A stretch of 64,000 nucleotides of DNA, from NCBI GenBank assembly GCA_040954595.2, contig CM082579.2, positions 12,711,834-12,775,833 on the forward strand. Reading direction: 5' to 3'. Under the pieces are notes generated by a model, which was not told where the DNA came from, did not search any database, and worked only from the letters and a program-made list of their open reading frames with translations. A program made the position numbers and the translations under genes. This DNA is from Balanoglossus misakiensis (Eukaryota > Animalia > Hemichordata). Below, piece by piece: positions 57,731 through 64,000 of this stretch (position 1 is its first letter; every line of letters starts with the position of its first letter).

Positions 57731-58078
57731 TCTCTATATTTGTTTTCGCCAACCCGTTGTAACAGTTGTTTTTTAAACATAGATTTTTTCGTTTATTTTA
57801 AATTTAGTATACTAACGTAAATTAAAACTCCTTTATATTTATAATAAAGTACATAATGTGTATTTTAGTTTATTTTCCGAGCTACAGTCCCATCTCATAA
57901 AATGGACCCTTGAGGCACCCTCCCTTCCACGGAAGGTGCAATAAACAACCCAAGAAGCATAACGATTCTTTTCTGATATCTTGGTATTCTCAATCATCAT
58001 TTTCACAAAAGCATGTTCTGTTTGATCTACTCATTGTCAGTGTCGTTATCTTCAAGAACATTTTCCCTTAATTGGTTT

Positions 58079-58320
58079 TCAGTCTCCACCATAGCATTTG
58101 CAGAGGGGAGTACATGGTAAATCATTCTTTGAGCAACTGCAACGTCCCCTACAACCTGCTTTGCAGACACATTTGATAAGCTCTAGTTCTGCCTTTGGTG
58201 CAGGGAGAGCAAGACATTTTACTGGATAAAACATGCCATTCTCCGATTTCCACCCATTCTTTTCGATTGGTGGAAGTTCAGGACAATTTGTTGCGTATGA
58301 TTTATCCCTCATTGTGATGA
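58079..58320 (-). mobile_element. C-terminal fragment of a second Academ-like ORF (Cys-rich tail)
   Basis: PELPPIEKNGWK..PAPKAELELIKCVCKAGC.GRCSCSKNDLPCTPLCKC; same tail type as 868-1330. Confidence 0.65.
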
Positions 58321-61300
58321 AGGGGTGGCACCCTTTCCACAGATCATGCAAATCTTGTTTTTATCTGACATATTAATTCCGTAGTTTATTGCAAAATGTC
58401 CAAATAGCTAGCGATCTGTAAAGTTAAACGCATCTTACGGTGCCAAGAAAATAGCCATTATGTATTTAGTAATAAAACTGAGATGTAGTTCACAGACATG
58501 TTTTATTTTCAGTACTATTGAGCTTCAAAATGAGCCAATTATGATATTGTTAATGTTTACCAAAAACAAGTTTTAGAAGTACGACATAGTTCAAGGGCTT
58601 TTTACAGCACTATTACGCTATTGACAATATAGACAATACTTGAACTGATATGTACTTCACAGGCTTTATTTTACGACAGTATTTAACTTTGAAATGAGTT
58701 CAACTGAATATCGCTTTAATACCCCAAAAAACAAGTGTTGAACTAAAACGTACTTCAGAGTTTTTGCACAGACCGATATCGGTGAGAATTTTAGTACAAT
58801 GGTAAATATCTCAGACATTGATTGTGCTACGAAAGAAGTTCACATCTACACAGACTTTCACTAATTGCCCCGGAAAAGAGAAAAAAGAGTAACCCTAATA
58901 TATTATACTATTTGGTATAGCCTAGTATACTATACTTTTATAAACCATAGAAAACATAAGTGTGGTGATGAGTTGGGTGGCGGTCCAAGGTGAGGGGAGG
59001 TATCTTATGCCAAGTCCAAACCAGGCACTTGGGCCCCTTCTGTTATTGCTGGAGTTTTTCTTCTTTCTTCTTGAGTCGTTTTTTTCCCCACACTTTTCTC
59101 ATAAACCCCTGCACCTGCGCTTATCAAACTTGGCACGGTGGTTGGGGCCCATGAGTACTGGTGCACCTGCCCTTTGAAATTGTAATTAGTCACGTGACTT
59201 GGTGGCTATAATCAAGTGAAATGTTCAAATTGACCTAATTTGCACGTTAAAGTCTATGTCCTGTCACATTTTGCTCCGTTTTGTTGTCATTACTCATTTG
59301 TATCCGAGATATCGCTCTCTCTATTATTGTTACAGAGAAATAAAATATTACAATACAAACTAGTATATATATTGGTATTAAATATCAAATATGGATGTAA
59401 ATATATTGCGCCAATCTTGAAAAAACACACGAAAAGTTGTAGTGTGTGCAGAAAATCAGCGCGAATTTTCCGGAAATTGTAGAGTACGCGCCGTTTTCAC
59501 CCCATACACCTGTGACGTCACTAGCGGAACACATAAACAAACATGTCTGCCATTCGTACGGTGCAGTGCCTGCGGTGGTGCACGATTTTGAAAGTGAAAC
59601 CGATGACTGTGGCTGCATGACTTGTGATGCCAGAAGTGACAGCGAAGGTGGTGATATTAACCAACTTGTAGAGGCTATCATAATGTCTAGCCAATATCAT
59701 TACACAGTTTCTAGAGCATCGACACATCACTATGTTCGAGGTGCTAGTGCTACACAGCTGAGCAATATTGGGTCGCATCAAACAGTGCACACACACTAAA
59801 ATTTCAAATTGTGTGCATATTTAGTTAGAATGGAAATTACTCTGCAAAATGTTGATAGTTATACAGCAGCAATTTAATGGATGTTGGCGATGTGTACTGT
59901 ATCGTGCTGTCGTGACTTGCCGTGACGTTTTTGTTTATCAGTTGACAACATTTTCCACCCAATCCCATGGCCATGCCGTATTATGCACATGGGCGACATG
60001 GCGAAAGTCAAATCGTTGCGAGAGAAAGGTAAATAGACCAACAAATATCTAGACAGTATTAAATTGGTTGTGTCAATATGGCAAATATTTCATCTAGTGA
60101 CGATTGGCAAATTAAAAATCATAGATTCGGCACCGTTAGCAACGGAACGCATCCATAGCACAGCCAAGGCCTCAATGGAGTTTGTTGGAAGCAAGCGTTT
60201 TCACCAGCGATCTTGCATTGACCATGCATAAACCAATGGAGGAGGTAAATTAAAACACAAAGAACCAAAACCCACATACATGTAATTATTTTTTAATAAA
60301 TAAATTTAATAAAATGTCTTAGCACGGTTGTTGTTGCTGTTATACGTATCCTACATACGAACAACGTCCGAGCAGCTAGCAGTTGACCTAGTGGGGTTCA
60401 CCCGTAGACATGGCTGACATTTCTGAAATCGACGACGTAGTAGTAGCTTCCAAACACGACCACGTTTGGAATTTGGAAGCGGCATTTGTGGGGAAAATAA
60501 ATCGTTGATATTTACTGTTATGTGATTTTAAGGAGGGTACGGCACCTGGATCTAAATCCAGCCTCGTCCTATAACCTGTTTACCATTGTATGTATCAAAC
60601 GAATTGATCTGGCGCATGCAAGTGAGCACCACAAATGATACCTGTCTCGCATTTTACCCAGTCAGTAACCCATTTCAAAGCTACTCCTGGGTCACTGGGA
60701 AAGCTCTGCATCGATATACCGTCGTTAAATTCATGCTGCTACACCAACCAACAACACTGTATTTCACAATTTTTGAAGCAGACGATGGCGTTCAATGCAC
60801 AACGCAAATCATGTTAATCTTTTGTGTTCCACTAGTGACATCATTTTCCCATTAGGTACGCGCGAAATCCGAAACTTCACGATCAGGAGCATACCACAAA
60901 AGTCACCCCAAAATTACGTTTTTTCTGTTTAAAAACACATTTTTTAAATATTTTTTTGCCCTTTTCCAGGAAAAATAGTATGCTTGAACATGACATCGTT
61001 TATTCCCGTTTAAATTAATGCAAACATTTTGACAGGACCTGGACTTTAATGTGGGCATGTACATTCTTTTTGCGATTTTTGTAGACCATGTGGCCAAAAT
61101 CCCCTGTGCCAAATTTCAAGGTCATAGGCCACGTTAATTTTGAGAAGAAGATTTTTGTAATATTTCTTGCATTTCTTGGTGGGCTGAGGACGAAAACTGG
61201 GGCATCGGACTTTGACCCTCATTCGGTAATGTTGTGGAGGTCTCATTAGCAGGGTACTCACTTCTGGCGGGTTGCTGCAGTCCTTGGAAAACCGGCTGAA

Positions 61301-62129
61301 ATACGTAAACAAACTAGTGATTATTTTCCACAGAATAAATTTTGGGACAACACATTATCGGAGTTCAGGCTGTGTTAGGGCGTTTTATTGAATTACGCTG
61401 AGTTTGTTAGCTGTTGCCATTCAAATGTTTCTATCCAGACCCGCACATTGCGGCAGCGGACTTTGAGCCTCAGTCGCTAATGTTTTGGGGGGTTTCATTA
61501 GCATGGTAGTCACATGTAGTGGGTAGTAGTTGGGGAAATCGTCCAAAATACGTAAGCAGACCAGTGATTTTCTTGCACGAAGGGAGTATGGTACCAGCAA
61601 TAATCAGAGATCAGGCTTCGCTGCCGTTCAAAATATCCTACTTCAGTCGTGACGTTGCAACTGGACGTTCAATATGGGAGTCGGTCCGCAGGTGGCCGTG
61701 GGGGTTATCAGGTCGCTCTACTGGCACACAGCTTCATGCAGCTGTATGGGACCAAAATAATACGCACGATTCAGGGGTCACCTGACACCTGCGTAACTCA
61801 ATTATGTGCAAGCGTAATTGTGGGGTCAATGAAATAGATGCTAGCATGGTATTTGTTGCACATTGATCAAGTATGCATGCAGCTTTGGTTACTTGAGCGA
61901 AATGATCCGCCCTACATTAGGGAGGGTGGGTGGGTGTTTGTGCATTCAGTTTTCCCCAACTACAAATTATCTACTACCTGGACAATGGCCTTCCATTTCC
62001 CACTCCTCCTGGCGTGGCCAAGGTAGTAAACTGTTTAGCATATGCGTCTAGGGGTATATCCTGTCCTTATGAATATTCATTACTAATGCGGAATAATCTC
62101 GCTGTGTGCTATTAGGCTTTTAATAATGT

Positions 62130-62497
62130 GGTCGTTGAACTGATGACAAGGCTGACAATTTCATGTAATGGTTAGCAGTTGCCTCTCTTTTCCATCCGAC
62201 ATTATCCATAACATCCTGTGTACTAGCTCCCCCTAAAGCCATGGAAATGGCACACGCAGACCGTATGCTATGAGGAGTCGGACCCCTTCATCAATATTTA
62301 ACTGTTGAAGATAGTCTTTTAATCTCTGATACACCACCTGAGAGGACATCGGTTTGTTATCTACCTTTCCCGTCGGGGTTGTCGGCCTAAAGAGATACCC
62401 TGTACGTATATGAATACCAAAATAACTTGATAGTAAAATATATTGTTCCAAAGTGTTCACTACACATGGGCGTCTATCCTCGCACCGCTTAATACAG
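62130..62497 (-). mobile_element. Tyrosine recombinase C-terminal remnant (DIRS/Ngaro/Crypton-type)
   Basis: GYLFRP..LKDYL..IDEG then TPHSIR..CAISMAL..VMDNVGWK..ANHY (H-x-x-R, W, Y motifs across frameshifts). Confidence 0.7.
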
Positions 62498-62641
62498 AGG
62501 GCAGATTTCGGAAATATAAAACAAGAAGAAAACCAGTCTCATCCCCTTTGTGATACCATACCAACACTGTAACGTCACTCCTGATTTTCAACCCTAAAAA
62601 CTACCGTAACGCAACGAAGTATCCCCTCCTAAAGAAACCAA

Positions 62642-63483
62642 ATGAAGTGTAATGACTGCGGAAGCACAAGGGGAGTACGTCTATGCCAGGGAGATCTCGA
62701 GCTTTGCAGAAAATGTGAAAGAGGACGATTTGGAAGCTCAAGTCCGACCACCAAAGGTGAGAACAAAGGCAAGATGGCCGACAACGCCAACGAACCAAAC
62801 CAGCTTGCAGAAATCCTCAGAAAGTTAACATCACTAGAACAGAAAATGGACAAGATACCAGCTGTTGAAAGAAAAATAAACGATCTCCAGGAATCCGTAG
62901 AATTTGTGAGTAATTATTTTGAGGAATACAAACGTCAAATGCAAACAATCGAAGACGACAACAAGCATTTGAAAAACGAACTTGAAACCATGCGTAACAG
63001 ATATACCGACACTCAACGACAACTCGAGGATTTGCAGCAATACACCAGAAGAAATAATCTAGAAATACATGGAGTGCCCGAAAGACCAAATGAGGACGTT
63101 ACAGAGATAATGGTGAAAGTTGCTGAGACTATAGGTGTGCACATAACCAGGCATGACGTGGACACTGCAACCGAATTCCTTCCCAATCAGCCGAAGTAAG
63201 ATTTGTCAGAAGATCCACTAGAGATAATATTTACAGTATACGGAAAAACCTCAGAAACAAATCGATGTTTGATATGAACATTGACCAAGACAGGACAAGC
63301 AGAGTCTTCATCAATGAAAACTTGAGCCCGGTAAATAAACAACTGTTCTATAAAACCAACATGAAGAGGAAGGCGTTGCAGTGGAAATTCATATGGACAA
63401 ACAACGGGAAGATTTTCATTAGGAAGGAACAAGGAGAAAGAGCCATCGCGATCTCGTCGATGAGTGATATTGACCACCTGTAA
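62642..63483 (+). pseudogene. LINE ORF1 (Cys motif, coiled coil, RRM-like and C-terminal domain), frameshifted
   Basis: LQQYTRRNNLEIHGVPE, RVFINENLS, WKFIWTNNGKIFIRK split over 62642-63199 and 63265-63483. Confidence 0.8.
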
Positions 63484-63518
63484 CTTCTCCTCAACAGAAC
63501 TATCTACTAACGGTACAC

Positions 63519-64000
63519 ATGGAACCGGACACTGAAACTTTACAAGCGCACTATCAGTGCAACGAATATTCAGTAGACCAGCTACACCCAGGTAGTAATA
63601 ATTCTCCCTTAAAAGCTAATCATTCTTCATTTTCTGTTCTCCATGTCAACGTGAGATCGATCCAAAATCACTTTGATGACATGGTTTCCTTTTTGAGTGT
63701 TTTACAGTACAACTTTCCCATTATAGCTTTGACTGAAACTTGGTTACATAATGAATTGGATTGTTCTCTGGACAAATTACCCTATTACTCACTAGTCACC
63801 TCCAATCGTAATTATTCCCAAGGTGGTGGAGCTGCTATGTACGTTCATGATTCCGTCGCATATACACCTGTCACAGCGCTTGAAATAGCTCACTGTGAGT
63901 CGTTATTCATTGAGACGAGCTCGTTGAGAAGGAAACTGATAATTGGTGTTGTCTACAGGAAGCCTAATACCTCAACCCATGATTTTCTAGAGAGTTTTGA
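63519..64000 (+). CDS. LINE ORF2 start (APE endonuclease), CR1/L2/Crack group; runs off the window
   Basis: Open frame from ATG 63519: SVLHVNVRSI, IIALTETWL, QGGGAAMYV, CESLFIE, IIGVVYRKPN. Confidence 0.85.
   Translation, partial: MEPDTETLQAHYQCNEYSVDQLHPGSNNSPLKANHSSFSVLHVNVRSIQNHFDDMVSFLSVLQYNFPIIALTETWLHNELDCSLDKLPYYSLVTSNRNYSQGGGAAMYVHDSVAYTPVTALEIAHCESLFIETSSLRRKLIIGVVYRKPNTSTHDFLESF

Noticed and set aside
58400-62100. Short ORFs and TTAA-GG possible Kolobok-type ends (also ~15822)
   Set aside because: No matching opposite TIR and no protein motifs recognised.

Overview
Eukaryotic (marine-invertebrate-like) genomic window made almost entirely of nested transposable elements; no intact host gene is supported. 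Left to right: a decayed AcademX-type DNA transposon ORF (minus strand: Ubl-like and Zn-finger N-terminus, transposase with an OTU-like insert, XPG/PIN nuclease, Cys-rich tail) split by a 5'-truncated L2-type LINE that landed in frame; an intronless NRF1/Ewg-like pseudogene; several non-autonomous elements; then a very young Ty3/Gypsy element ('A') present as a tandem dimer sharing a central 254-bp LTR. Element A has an HhH domain at the Gag N-terminus, a -1 frameshift pseudoknot, a PHD finger after integrase, and a third ORF ending in a TatD nuclease domain with all catalytic motifs. The dimer is flanked by a ~1.1-kb target duplication. A second full-length but defective Gypsy ('B', satellite-filled 1.5-kb LTRs, CATC TSD, tRNA-Lys PBS) follows, sitting in an intron of a decayed transposase gene. 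The right end holds Kolobok-like, ISL2EU, Academ, tyrosine-recombinase and LINE remnants. The TatD/HhH/PHD Gypsy is the best candidate for an undescribed system. All family calls come from motif recognition by eye, not from database searches.
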